A stretch of DNA of 64,000 nt, from positions 1 to 64,000 of the forward strand of contig ADNK01002363.1 of NCBI GenBank assembly GCA_000320545.1, in the 5' to 3' direction. Below are positions 15,926 to 27,409 of this stretch, piece by piece. Each line of letters opens with the position of its first letter. Positions within the stretch are counted from its first letter, which is position 1. Source of the DNA: Bigelowiella natans CCMP2755. Lineage: Eukaryota; Protista; Cercozoa. Position numbers and translations under genes: made by a program. Under the pieces are notes generated by a model that saw nothing but the letters and a program-made list of their open reading frames with translations, searched no databases and was not told the origin of the DNA.

Positions 15926-18900
15926 TATATAACCCTACAATGTCCCCGACCGAATATCCAACAGTGGTTCCTACGAACTCGCCATCATCTAAAGTATTAT
16001 TTTAATAACTTATCAAGCATCAAGTCCAAATTAAAACAACTTCCTCATAGAATTTCCCTCGTTTCATGATGTATCTCAGGTTCCAAGCTCTAGCCCATCT
16101 GTTTCGCCTTCAATGCGCACCATGTCTCCCACAATAACAGCATTAAATATAACCCTTGAAACCAGAAGTGAGATCGTATCGCTTAGCTCTGCAGTGCGTA
16201 TCACTGCCTTGGCGGAAATTTCTATTGAAGGAACGCCTGGGGGTGAAGTTGTTGGTGACGTTGTCGAAGGATATCTGTACTCCTGGAGTTACTTTGATTC
16301 CATCCAGAATGAAACCATAGAGCTTCCAGACGACGCACCAACAGTGGTTGTGCCAGCATATTCCCTACAACCGTCGATGTATGTATTTCAGGTGCGCGTG
16401 ACAGCCCTCCCATCTCTTCTTCAAGCTGAGGTAAATAGCATATTCATTGCTCATATTCAGCATCCATCATGATTTATCATCCCCAATACTCACGATATGA
16501 ACTTAAGTAAATGAGTTTTATCTTCAGAATTCTTTGTTGGTGCAAATGGCACCTCTTCCAGTGATCGCAGGGATTACCGTCGAGCCACAGATAGGAACAG
16601 CCTTTCTTCAAAACTTCACCATGTCAATTTTTCCATCTTCCCCACCACCGTTATTATTCCAGTTTGAGGAATCTGGATTTATACTTAAAAGTTTCTCAGA
16701 TAGCAACGTGCTTTCAACAGTTTTATCTAGTGGCGAAAAGAGAATCGTCGGTGTGATCCGAGATTCACTGGGAGGGGAATCGAATTTCACTTCTAATCCA
16801 ATTATAGTTGAACCCCAAACGCTGGATAATGTAATTCTACCACCATGTGAAACTCTTGAACAGACTATCACAAGCTTTCGTGGGGTGGCAGAATTTACGA
16901 GCTTTTCAATTGGTGGATCATCGGATCTGTCCGATTTGTCTGTGTTTGATGTTTTCCGTCAAACATTCGACCTCGCCTTCGCCTCTGAGAATTTTGATGA
17001 GCTTCTCCGATATCTTTCATTGAACCAAGATATATTGGCTAACGTCCCATTTCTTGAGGACGAGATTGTGGACGATTGCCCAATGGATGTCGGTATTGAC
17101 CCTATTCCTGGATCAGTCACCCCACAAAATGTGCCCTCCGCATTTTGTAACATAAATCTCCTGGGACGAAGTACCTCGGTTCCGTCTTCTTCGTTTGCAG
17201 GATTTGCGCAGACGGTGTGGAGAACTTTATTCTGTCTTCTGCGTGTGTTTATTCGTGATGCGCCGAATGTCCAAGGAAAATATACAAGATTCATCATTCA
17301 GGTTTGTTGGTAGTCTAAGCATATCCCAGAACCACTTCCATAGACCAGAATACAACTATAACGAGATCACAATTACACAGTATATTCATATATATCATGG
17401 AACTGCCTTTTCACTTACTTACAGCTTACTAGTACCTCTACGACGCAAGTGTCTTCTATTGGAAACTCTACGGAGGTGTCAGATGCAGCCAGTAATCTTC
17501 GTTCAACAGTATGCGCTGCACCGCCGTTTCAGTATCTGGAATCCCCACTGGGAAGCGAAACTGCGGGAATGATTAGCAATTTGTTCGTACTCGGAATACA
17601 AGCCGTTCTCCGAACAGATACTGGAATCTTTGGCTTCCTTGACGACTTTGGCATTCAACGATGCGGAGCAATTAACTTCGTTATTGATTTAATGGACTTT
17701 GGGGTAGTTTTCATCGTTTCATTTGAACCAAAAAATATTTTTGAGATTAAACACCGAAATCCAATCAGCATTTAACAGAGTATTAATTTAAATGCTCATG
17801 GTTATATCTTTAGCTACTGCTTCAAACTGGCCGAGGTCTAGGCGCAGGAGAGCCACCAGTGTTTTATCAAACTCAAAACTTCATTGCAAGCTCGGTCAAT
17901 GTTTTTGCAGATGCGAACATGATTACTAGCCAAGCTAACGGGATCCAAGTCCAAATATCCACGAGGATACGCATTATGAACTCTCGTCGGCGGCGGCGCA
18001 CAATTCTAAGTGTAAATTCTATTCTTCGAAATATTGCGGCGATTCGGGCCTGCCGTCGACTTCCTACGAGGAGAAGGTTCGGGAGCGACTCAACTTCCAT
18101 CAATCTACAACCCCCAGAAGATGAAAAGCAGGTATCGACTCAGATGCCAACACTAAGTCCGTCTCTTTCCTCAATGGCCCCGAGCTCCTCAACCCCTTCC
18201 GCTAGCCCTACCTCATCTCCCACAACTATTTCGCCAAGAACTGAATCACCAACTGCATCACCAACGACAACGACGCCAACGTCGCGCCCGTCCTCATCTC
18301 CTAGCTGGTCGCCAACCTTGGAGCCAACACTGAATCCCTCCATGAGTCCGCTCACGAGTCCTTCATGCTGCCCATCCTCTTCTCCTTCTTCTGCTGTACC
18401 GATTCCGGAGGATGACTTAATACCTGACACAGTAGTTATCCGATTTCCACGCGAAGGGGATACCTGCTACGATCGAGCGCCTGAATGCAATTTTTGGGAT
18501 CCTTCGATTACCGAATATAGCAGTCAAGGCTGCAGGTTGCTGAGTTTCTCTGATTCTGAGACTGTGTGCGAATGTAACCACCTAACAGAGTTTGTGGTCT
18601 TACAAGATCAGCTTGAATGTAAGGAAACCTTCAAAAGACAGTCGATCGCTTATATTGTCTTAGCGAGTCTATATGGCATAGAAATGTGCTTTGTATTTTA
18701 CGTTCTGACCAGAATTAGATTGAGGGGTACCAAGTATGACCTCTTCAAGGCTCTCTGCCTTCTTGGACAGACAGGGTTACGAATTCCACTCTGCATAATA
18801 TTGTCGGGAAATGCTGAAGATTTCAGTGCAAGTGGGCTTCCTCGCAATTGCTATCTGCTCTCGCCGCATATTATTTTGCAGACTTGTTTATAGTTGCGAC

Positions 18901-19396
18901 TCAACTGGATTTCATGCTTGGATCCAAAGGTTCCGGATGCTTGATACAAATGCGCTCAAGAATCTTCTCAAGCACGGGAACCAGCAAAACGTCAAAAACT
19001 GACAAAACTATGAGCGCCACTAGCAGTGCAGATACAAAGCAAAATCGGGGGGGGGGTTCTTCTAAGAATCATTTGCAGGTGAAAAATACGAACAAATCTG
19101 TCAAAGGGATGCAACGAGGCTCTCTCATGCGATTGACATCGGACTTTGTTGAGGACGGAAAATCTGAATTAAACAAAAGCGTGCTTGGGATCGAAGGAAG
19201 GTCTGAAATGATGGACAAGAGTGTAATTGGACTTGAGAATGATTCCGTGTCAGGATCACAATTGAATATCAACCAGAACAACAAACGGCTCAGCGCATCC
19301 GTGTCTGCGTCTGGAATGCAAATTTCATACCTTGGATCTCCACAAAGCCAACAATGTAGAAATAATCCAATCATTGCGCCAACACGCAATGTGTAG
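15440..19396 (+). pseudogene. Polycystin-1/REJ-like GPS(GAIN) receptor (eroded C-type-lectin-like N-terminus, PT repeats, REJ, GPS, TM helices); probably pseudogenised
   Basis: REJ-like segments (YSWS...VVPAYSLQPSMYVFQVRV; ITVEPQIGTAFLQNF...VIRDSLGGES) and Pro/Thr/Ser repeats. Clear GPS motif CNFWDPSITEYSSQGCRLL...VCECNHLTEFVVL at ~18487-18603, then TM helices. Frame change near 18843 and a broken 5' region. Confidence 0.7.
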
Positions 19397-20046
19397 CAGA
19401 TGCAGAGGATTAAACAGCGGGCTTTTGCAACCAAATATCTCAATATTTACTCGAATCATGGAACACCTATGTGCCGCACATGAATGTCCGCACAGATTTA
19501 TGACATTTACAAGAGTCAATCTCTTTTTGATGGTTTGCAAAAGCAACTAAATGTGCCTCGAATCTAGGATTTAAGCACTGCTTCGCATGTCATCTTACAC
19601 CTCATCAAGACTTAATTCATGGATGCATGTCGAAAGCACACAGCTTCATTTCTTGTGTGAACTGGCCTCCATCATTTTCACAGGCCAGCAAGCTGCGTCA
19701 CTAGCGATCAATTTCATGTTCATGGACGTAAATCAATGATTGGCAAACTTTGTTAGCAGGAGGCATTGCAGAGCGATGCATTGTCAATCTTGTGCATCGT
19801 AGTCCTTTCGAATCGGTGCAGCGGCCAGCATAACGCTCTACAATTAATTATCTAAAATACACATTTGTTCGTGAAAAATACATGAATGTACGGGTACGGC
19901 GAGCTCAATCGGCCCCTACAGCTAGACAGCGCGATGTAATCATGCACACATGCCACATTTACAACGTGGAGGAGAGCACTGAAATGTTCCTTTTTTGGGG
20001 CTTATGAGATGTACTCTTTGACGCAGATTAGTTTCGAATCCTTTAA

Positions 20047-21729
20047 TCATGCCAACGTGACAATGAATTCTGCACCCTTGCCCTTCCCCTGTTCTGCGTC
20101 TTCCTCTTTCATTCTATCATTATTGCCATAAGGCGTTGCGTAGCTTTTCACACTCAAAACAGTCGGAGGATCCGACACCTGAACGGTGCCGTACTTCCCG
20201 CTTGTGAGCCAATCCTTATCTTGCTCAGCAATCGCCTCCGCCACTCCGTCTTCAAGCCCAACCGCCACCGGTGACTTCAATGTTCGCAGAGACACAACGG
20301 GACATGGGAAGTAGCTGATGAGGTCTTGGAAGGATGTTGCGGGTTCAAACACGTAATCGCCGAGCAGCTTTCGGTACATCAGGTCGCCTTTCACAATTAC
20401 CAAGTCGGCCGTTGCTTCCAGCTCGCTCCTGAGCCCATCGGGCATTTGCCACATCGGCCTCCCAGAGGTAAGGAACAAGTCGGATGAGAGCCGCAGCTGT
20501 CCCGAGGAGAGGTAATCCTGCAGCTCCTTCCCAACCGTCGCGGCTGTTTCGGAGTCCATTCTGCTCATAAACTTCACCGTCTTCTCAACGTCGGCGGCGA
20601 GGGCATCCGAGACGAAGAAGGGATAGGGTTTCAGCTTGAACTCTACCTGGGTCACTGCCTTTGAAGACAGCAAATAGTGCGCGAAGCTCAGGTCGGACAG
20701 GATCTCCAGGCCCGCATTATCGTTGAAGAACACAACCTTGCGCCCCGACTCCTTGTTCTTCGGTTCACGGTTTAGTATTTCCCACACCTTCGCAGAGTCA
20801 TCTGCGATGACTTTGTTCTCCGCCTGACCAGAAGTACTCTGCTTGATCTTCTGCTGGTCTTCGATGGTGAAAAGGCTCGAATCCGCCTGGTTCCCCCACA
20901 GATCGAGCATGAGGAGGGAGGAGAGCGACGACTCTTTCCATTCTCTTCCCGCCCTCACCCCTGCCTCCACGATGCTGCTCGCGGCATTTTCCATTGTCAC
21001 AAGCCCCGTAGTTTTCTCATAGTCAAATAGGTCATGATTAGACTGCCAGTAGTTTGTAGCTTGCAGAAGGCGACGGTACAAGTAAGTTTCCCACAACAAC
21101 CACGGCACATCCCACCACAGCGTGTTGCTCCCCAAGTGAGGCTCCAAGACTAGGTTCCAGTCGTCCTTATCCGGCCCGTCGTCAGTGATGGCGGTGAGAG
21201 GGGCGTTCTCCTTCATCTCGTATTGAATTCTGCGGATCTCCGCCATTTGCTCCCGGGTGAGGTGGTTTTTGTTGTACTGAATTGTGCGCTCGAGAATCTT
21301 GTCCGGGCATCTGCTGACCATCGTGTCCTTGACGAAGGCGAAGCTGCAATCTAGGTATTCGGGCAGATCTACCTTGATCTCCTTCCCCGTTTTCGCGATT
21401 GCACGCTGGCTCGTCCGTCGATAAGCTCTCCCCCCGATCTCCTGCCTCATGGCGGGGGGGATGGTTCGCATCCACCCCCGAGTTTTGATCGCAGCAGGTG
21501 ATATTGCTTTGGATCTGACAGATAACGATGCTCCCAGCGAATCTCCTCGCAACTCGCCCGTCGCTACGGCAGCAATCGCGCAAGCGGCGGCGAGGCATAG
21601 GCAGAGACAAAGCCTGCTCGTCCGTCGAGGTCCGAATGCACAGCTTCCTCGCCTTCCTCTGTCATCCCTCTTCAGCAAAGATTCCAGCACAGTCTGTGAC
21701 CGCCGCAGCGGTAGCAATTCGTCAGCCAT
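20047..21729 (-). CDS. Damage-control phosphatase ARMT1-like (DUF89) with bipartite plastid-targeting leader
   Basis: Intronless. Motifs WWDVPWLLWETYLYRR, LWGNQAD, DNAGLEILSDL, PFFVSD, KGDLMYRKLLGD and LRTLKS. N-terminal hydrophobic LCLCLCLAAACAIAAVA is followed by an Arg/Ser/Ala-rich transit-like stretch. Likely start is MADELLP at 21729. Confidence 0.9.
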   Translation of the reverse strand: MADELLPLRRSQTVLESLLKRDDRGRRGSCAFGPRRTSRLCLCLCLAAACAIAAVATGELRGDSLGASLSVRSKAISPAAIKTRGWMRTIPPAMRQEIGGRAYRRTSQRAIAKTGKEIKVDLPEYLDCSFAFVKDTMVSRCPDKILERTIQYNKNHLTREQMAEIRRIQYEMKENAPLTAITDDGPDKDDWNLVLEPHLGSNTLWWDVPWLLWETYLYRRLLQATNYWQSNHDLFDYEKTTGLVTMENAASSIVEAGVRAGREWKESSLSSLLMLDLWGNQADSSLFTIEDQQKIKQSTSGQAENKVIADDSAKVWEILNREPKNKESGRKVVFFNDNAGLEILSDLSFAHYLLSSKAVTQVEFKLKPYPFFVSDALAADVEKTVKFMSRMDSETAATVGKELQDYLSSGQLRLSSDLFLTSGRPMWQMPDGLRSELEATADLVIVKGDLMYRKLLGDYVFEPATSFQDLISYFPCPVVSLRTLKSPVAVGLEDGVAEAIAEQDKDWLTSGKYGTVQVSDPPTVLSVKSYATPYGNNDRMKEEDAEQGKGKGAEFIVTLA

Positions 21730-22144
21730 GGAAAGATATAAGGGGTGGGGAGGGGGGGGGGGGAATGAGCGACGTGCCGGTGGTGGCTGAACGGGGGGAG
21801 GAGTTGAGGGGCGAAAATCCCAGATGGTATTAGGATATTTCCCCGTCAATCCCGGGATTAGAATCCGTTGTGTGCTCCTGGAAATCTCAATGGTGAGTGA
21901 CAAAAACTAATAGATCTAGATAAGTGGGAAAAAAATGAAGAGCGACTTCGATGTCCGACGATCAGTGACAAAAATTAAGTGGGGGAAAAAAAAAGCGACT
22001 TCGATGCCCGACGATCTTCTGTCTGCGACAACCTGTTTTGGCAGAAGTTTTCCTCGCAACAACTCGCCTCGCCGATCCCGTACGACACACAGATCGGATC
22101 GAAGCTATCGATCACGTGTTGCCGGTGGACGCAGGGCAGAAGGG
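21730..22144. promoter_or_regulatory. Putative bidirectional promoter
   Basis: Short spacer between the divergent ARMT1-like and kinase genes. Confidence 0.4.
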
Positions 22145-24199
22145 ATGCTGCTGAGAGAGTCCTCGCAGTCCCTGTGGCCCCCCCCTGAGCGAGATTGGGG
22201 TTGGGGGAATGGGAGGGGGGCTCGGCGAAGAAACGCCCAGGCCACGGTCGTCCTGGCGGTTGCCCTGGCTTCCCTGATATCCATCCGCCGTGGGGTCGAA
22301 ACGGATGATCGAAATGGCGAGGAGTATTACCGAGCCCTCGCGGCAATCGGCGAGCGAAGGATTGGTAGCGGGCAGCAGGAGAGATGGCAATCGGAGAGCT
22401 CCTCGGATGCTCTTCACCACCATTGCCACCGTCAGCCTCCCTGTTTCAATCACCACACCGCCAGCCGAATCGCTCGGTACGGCCACCGCAACCTTGGGTT
22501 CAGATCAACCCGCTGCGGGCGAATGTACAGGGGAGGTGTTGCGGTAGCGGGGGGGGGGGATACTGGAGGAGTGCCAGATCCTCATCGTATTGTCGGAGAT
22601 TTTCACCGGACTTCAAAGCGAGATCAGCCGTCACAGCAGCGGCATCACCTCCTCCACCAAAAGCAGAAGCGAAATCGCCATCGACTTCGTGTGAGGGGTG
22701 GAGCTTCCTCTGTTCAGACGCTCGGTGGTGACTGCGAGGGGGGCGTTGACAGTAGTCCTCCTGCGGTGACGGGAAGCTATCGAAACAGCTCCTCCCCCTC
22801 CTCGCACAAAGATGCTTGCACCCGTGACGCCGGAAGCGAGAAAAGGGAGGTAGGGCAAAGAGTGAGAAAGACTAAATCCAACAGTCCACATGATGGAGTT
22901 GGTGGCAGGGCGGCGCTCTCATCTCCCCCCGTCTCGATAGAAGAGGTACTGGCGAGGCCAGATCCAGAGAAACTGTCCTCTCACGACCTAGCCGGTATCT
23001 TCGGCTTTCCCAGGGATTTTTACAAGAGGTATAACGTCAAGAGGCGCATTGGAGAAGGTGCGTACGGCATCGTTGCGTGTGCCGAAGCGAAGCAAGAGAA
23101 TGCAGCCCGAAAACAGCAGCCGCCGCAGCAACCGTCAAAAACCGCCGCCGTGGGAGAGCGCCATCCAGGAGCTCCGGCCGAGGTCGCCGTGAAGATCATA
23201 AACAAGCGCGTTCAGAAGAAAAACAACAAAACGGCCACGGTCCGGTTCATTAGGAGGATCACGGAGGAAATCAAGCACTTCGCCCTCATGGGCGGGGACG
23301 TATGCTCCGTAGCCCTGCAAGGGTACTACGAGGATGCGCGGTATCTCTACATCGTCATGGAACTGTGTCGGGGGGGAGAGCTGGCGCGGCGGATGAGGAG
23401 GGCAAGCCGCGAGCGATTGGAGGAGGACGAGGTCGCCATTATTGCCTATCAGATGCTGTGGCAGCTGGGTCAGTGGCACTCCCGCGGGTTCGTCCATACC
23501 GATATCAACCCGCTCAACTTCATCTTCGTGAATCGCGACCCGACGGACCTTTGGATCAAGGCACTAGACTTTGGCCTCTCCCAGAGCCTTCCAGGGGGGG
23601 GCAGCGTATTGAACGAGGCCGTCAATAACAGTAACAGTAGTTGCGAACATAGAAGTAATGGTAGTAGTAGTAGTAGCAGCAGCAGCAGTAGCAGCAGCGA
23701 TCGAGACCTCTCCGCCCTGGCCGCGCACATTCCCCACCCTTTCGTGCCGAACAACACGGTCTTCTCGGAGAGCCTTGGGAGATACATGCTGGTGCGGCGA
23801 CGGGGGACGCCCGTGTACACCGCGCCGGAGGTGACCGCGAAGTGCTACGACGAGAAGGCCGACCTGTGGAGCGTGGGGGCGCTCCTGTTCCACATGCTCC
23901 TGGGGAGGGTACCAATCGTCGAGTCTAGCATGCGTGAGATCTACGGATTGGACAAGACCGAGATCTACGACCGCATTCGCGACGGAAAGCTTATGCTCGA
24001 AGGCGCTGATTGGGAGTCGCTCTCTCCGGAGGCCAGGGACTTTCTGGCTCGGATCATCGTGAAAGACCCGAGGAAGCGGCTCTCTGCGAGTGAGGCGCTG
24101 CGGCACCCGTGGCTTACCCAGGCCTCAGTGACAAGCTACCTCTCTAGCCATCGTGTGTTATCAAAGTTGGTGCCGACGAAGAAGGATTTTTCGCCCTGA
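22145..24199 (+). CDS. CAMK/CDPK-like Ser/Thr protein kinase with a long N-terminal leader (ORF open from 21935)
   Basis: IGEGAYG, VAVKII, LYIVMELCRGGEL, HTDINPLN, DFG, GTPVYTAPE, DLWSVG and W..LS.EA.DF. No EF-hands. Intronless. Start codon uncertain. Confidence 0.9.
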   Translation: MLLRESSQSLWPPPERDWGWGNGRGARRRNAQATVVLAVALASLISIRRGVETDDRNGEEYYRALAAIGERRIGSGQQERWQSESSSDALHHHCHRQPPCFNHHTASRIARYGHRNLGFRSTRCGRMYRGGVAVAGGGDTGGVPDPHRIVGDFHRTSKRDQPSQQRHHLLHQKQKRNRHRLRVRGGASSVQTLGGDCEGGVDSSPPAVTGSYRNSSSPSSHKDACTRDAGSEKREVGQRVRKTKSNSPHDGVGGRAALSSPPVSIEEVLARPDPEKLSSHDLAGIFGFPRDFYKRYNVKRRIGEGAYGIVACAEAKQENAARKQQPPQQPSKTAAVGERHPGAPAEVAVKIINKRVQKKNNKTATVRFIRRITEEIKHFALMGGDVCSVALQGYYEDARYLYIVMELCRGGELARRMRRASRERLEEDEVAIIAYQMLWQLGQWHSRGFVHTDINPLNFIFVNRDPTDLWIKALDFGLSQSLPGGGSVLNEAVNNSNSSCEHRSNGSSSSSSSSSSSSDRDLSALAAHIPHPFVPNNTVFSESLGRYMLVRRRGTPVYTAPEVTAKCYDEKADLWSVGALLFHMLLGRVPIVESSMREIYGLDKTEIYDRIRDGKLMLEGADWESLSPEARDFLARIIVKDPRKRLSASEALRHPWLTQASVTSYLSSHRVLSKLVPTKKDFSP

Positions 24200-25090
24200 A
24201 TCGAAGAGAGTAGAAGGAGTGCTGTGCAAGCGGCCTCTGTACATATCTAGAGCCACGAGGCGCGGATCTGCGAGGAAAGTATGTTTTGTGCTAATGGTTG
24301 TATCACATCTTCATCGTCGCTAGCTCTTGCTTGTCTGGCGATGTATGGTGAATACAAAGTGGATATTTCGTCATTGCCATCATTGGTAAATGACAGCTTA
24401 ATGCGTAGCGTAGTTCGTGCACGCCAGCAAGGACAATCATGCATGTAATCTTAAATGTGTACATTTAGCTCGCGCGCGCATGCAAGATGCAGCATGAAGA
24501 ATTTGTCTCGTTTACTTCCATTTGCATTGATCAATGTGCGTCGCATGCACGCGTTGCATCGTGTGTGTCGATCAACGTGTACAACACACAGGAGTAAGAG
24601 CAAGTAGCGCCACGCATGGTCTCTATAGTACAGCACTGCCGACAGCGGCATCTATGTGAAATTGACACAGAGAAACAATGCTATTGTGTCGGTGGCAGCA
24701 TAAGTAGACAGTGCTGTATGAAATCAAGTGAAGTGACATGGCTAGATGGGTGTATATGTCATGGGTTGCGATGATGTATAATATGCTTGGCTACGAGTCT
24801 TCCTTCGATGGCTTTGGCGTCGAGCGGGCTGCGTACCTATTGTTGTTGCATGATATGCGTGAGTGAAGGTGGTGGTTGGGGTGTTTTTTCTTATGCTCAA
24901 TTCGCAGATCACCATTTTATCATTTATCGTGCGAAACGCTGATATAACAATAACAACAACAACAACCACTACTACTTCTACCATTACTGCGAAAGTATAA
25001 TAGACAACGTAATATTATGTATATATATATATATAATATTACTATGTCTATAATAAGTTCCACACCACACAAAGTGAATCTTGCTTGTTT

Positions 25091-25411
25091 TTACCACCTT
25101 GAAAGCGCCGCGAGGCGTCTGCGACGGATTTCGTCTGCCTTCTCCTCCGCATCATCGCTACCACCTTTCCCAGCTGCTTTTCCGGCTACTTTGGCACCCG
25201 CCTTCGATTTCTTATCGGACGTGTTGGCGTCGCTTTCCGTGTGCGCCCCCCACGCAGCATCAACATCGTCGTCATCGACATCGTCACATTTACCCCTTTT
25301 CGATAGCGACAGGCCTCCTAGCCTCCGCCCTGGCAGCGCAGCAGCGGATGGGCAGGATGATATTATAAGATATGCGACAGATATCGAAGGTGCAACGAAA
25401 GCAAACGAGTA

Positions 25412-25452
<41 letters not shown>

Positions 25453-25914
25453 CGGAACGCATACAAGGGCCAATGGATGGGAGGATGGTAAATGAGCGCT
25501 TTAGCTTTCCTCGTCCGCGGGGGTGCGAACCAACCATTTCAGGCGACGCAGAAGTCATCATTGGCGGTCATGTTCATCTACCAACCTTTCCCCTCACTTT
25601 CTTCTCTCCTTCGCATTCATTACTTCTTCTTCGTCATCATAACCATCATCATCATTATCGTCGTTGTCATCGTCATCACACCCCTCCCCCTCCTCCTCCT
25701 CCTCCTCCTCCTCCTCCTCCTGCTATGTTCTATTCGAAAGAGAAAGACCAGGGCTTGGAGAGCGTGACGAGCGCGGCGAGTTGCTTCGGCTTCGCCCCCA
25801 CCCGCGTCTCTCCTGCCGTCCTTCTAGAGGGAGGAGGGGGGGAGGAGGGGAGGAGAGGAGAAACCAATATGCTTCATCGTTGTGTGGTATGATCAATAGC
25901 GGTTGGTTTCCTTC

Positions 25915-25957
<43 letters not shown>

Positions 25958-26128
25958 TCCCTCTTTCCTGCACCTTTAGCGTCCTCGGAGACGTTCAGCA
26001 CGAACTTAACGCGCTCTGTAACACGCAGTGATACACATACCGAATTCATCAACTACGACGGGGGGGGGGGGGGTGGGATGGGGGTTGGACCCTCACTGCT
26101 CTCCTACTAATGCAAACACTACCACTAT

Positions 26129-26167
<39 letters not shown>

Positions 26168-26660
26168 CACTACCTTCAGAGAATATGGAGACATAATACC
26201 AGCTGTGCCTCCCACGGGAACTAGACCTTCGGAAGAAGAACAAGCAGATATCACCGCAAACACATATAGATCGCGAGTCGATCGGCGACAGCGGTGAGAG
26301 AAACGAGGACGAGTCAAATGATTCCCCGAAGAGGTAGCAGCAGCAGCTATGTGTTGTGAGCTCGAGCAGTAGTGATAGTAATGGTGGCGATGTAGGTGTC
26401 GTAAGTATTCACTACCCTCCTGGCGTTCCTAGCGGCTCTTTAGTGGAGAGAGGGGAGGGGGGATTGTGTAGTAATCGCACCGGGTTATTCACGCACACAT
26501 GCACGAGCGCATATGACCATCATCATCATCGTCATTATCATCATCATCATCATCATCATCATCATTATCATCATCATTGTCATCATCATCATCATCATCA
26601 TCATCATTGTCATCATCGCACCAGTAGCACCACTTCACCCCCGTGATCCTCCCCCCCCTC

Positions 26661-26703
<43 letters not shown>

Positions 26704-27246
26704 CCCAATCATCTCATCATTATCATAATCATCGTCATCATCATCATCATCATCATCATAATGGCATCATCACGCTGCCGCCGACCGAGAGTGATTGGCT
26801 CTTTCTGAAGCGACGTGCCAAAGACCTAGCTCGGTGGCAATCACAACCCACCACCAAACAGATGCAGCAGTTGCGTTAACTTGAGCACAGCAGTACCGCA
26901 AGCAGCAGCGGCTTTCGAGAAATCGAGCACCGCAAATATGCCTCCCTCCCCCCCCTCCCCATCAGTACAGCTCCTACTTTACTGTGTAAATAAACACTAC
27001 TGCTGACCTCGAAGTTGGAGCGGCTCACAAATTGATTCTTTTTACTGAGGAAGAATTGCGCGGAGGGGGCTGTTCCTGTTCTCGTCGTCGTAGCAGCACG
27101 GGTAGGAGACGAAGAAGAAGAAGAAGAAGATTCGTTAGCAGCAGCGGTTGCTTGCAGACTCACCTTCACGCCGATGTACGGGTCAACGACCTTCACACGG
27201 AAGTAAACGTGCCTGTAGGAGGGAGGGAGGGAGGGAGGAAGGCAGG

Positions 27247-27291
<45 letters not shown>

Positions 27292-27368
27292 GTTATATCT
27301 CAGAACATGTATATTATCATCATACGTGGACGATCGAAATACAAAAAATACCCACACACACACACTCG

Positions 27369-27409
<41 letters not shown>

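Noticed and set aside
21730-22144. ORF extensions to 21903(-) and 21935(+)
   Set aside because: The minus-strand extension starts at a non-ATG codon, and the two starts would leave only ~30 bp for two promoters. Downstream ATGs before the leaders are more plausible, though the kinase start remains uncertain.
25091-25300. Ataxin-3 or UBE4B call from the EIRRRRLA motif
   Set aside because: Upstream exons encode a UFD1 domain, not Josephin or U-box.
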